Shown: piece by piece, positions 64,000 to 64,000 of the stretch
Position numbering within the stretch: the first letter of the stretch is position 1
How the letters are laid out: each line of letters opens with the position of its first letter
Virus record (IMG/VR): IMGVR_UViG_3300025853_000044
Span: 31,368-95,367 of that record
From: a virus
Direction: 5' to 3' (one strand)
Length of the DNA: 64,000 bases
Position numbers and translations under genes: made by a program
Notes under the pieces: generated by a model
Told to the model about the DNA's origin: nothing
What the model saw: only the letters and a program-made list of their open reading frames with translations
The model's database searches: none

Positions 64000-64000
64000 C

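Overview
About 64 kb of a tailed dsDNA archaeal virus (Caudoviricetes, HK97-type head). Gene content, archaeal-type GGTGA/GAGG Shine-Dalgarno sites and TATA-like boxes best fit a magrovirus (virus of Marine Group II / Poseidoniales); this assignment is an inference. The + strand (1-11289) is a tightly coupled replication operon: end of an ATPase-like gene, probable sliding clamp, PolB, MazG-like protein, Cas4-like nuclease, fused PriS-PriL primase, ERCC4/XPF nuclease, truncated MCM-like helicase, DEDD exonuclease, group II chaperonin and a Zn-finger protein. The - strand (11290-63971) is the virion module: terminase, a LAGLIDADG-domain protein, portal, a 1928-aa protein with a degenerate ATP-dependent ligase fold, prohead protease/scaffold, major capsid protein, head-tail and tail genes, a short tape-measure-like gene and a 5999-aa giant protein. 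Main unexplained signals: (1) a portable 'AW-x-x-LK' / 'hydrophobic-x-K-[A/S/G]' peptide tag on many unrelated late proteins, a candidate capsid-loading and maturation-protease cleavage system; (2) an apparently inactive ligase domain bracketed by such sites; (3) a 67-aa module plugged into three virion-protein sites; (4) a candidate -1 frameshift in the tail chaperone; (5) strong avoidance of several 4-bp palindromes. All protein calls come from reading motifs by eye, with no database search.
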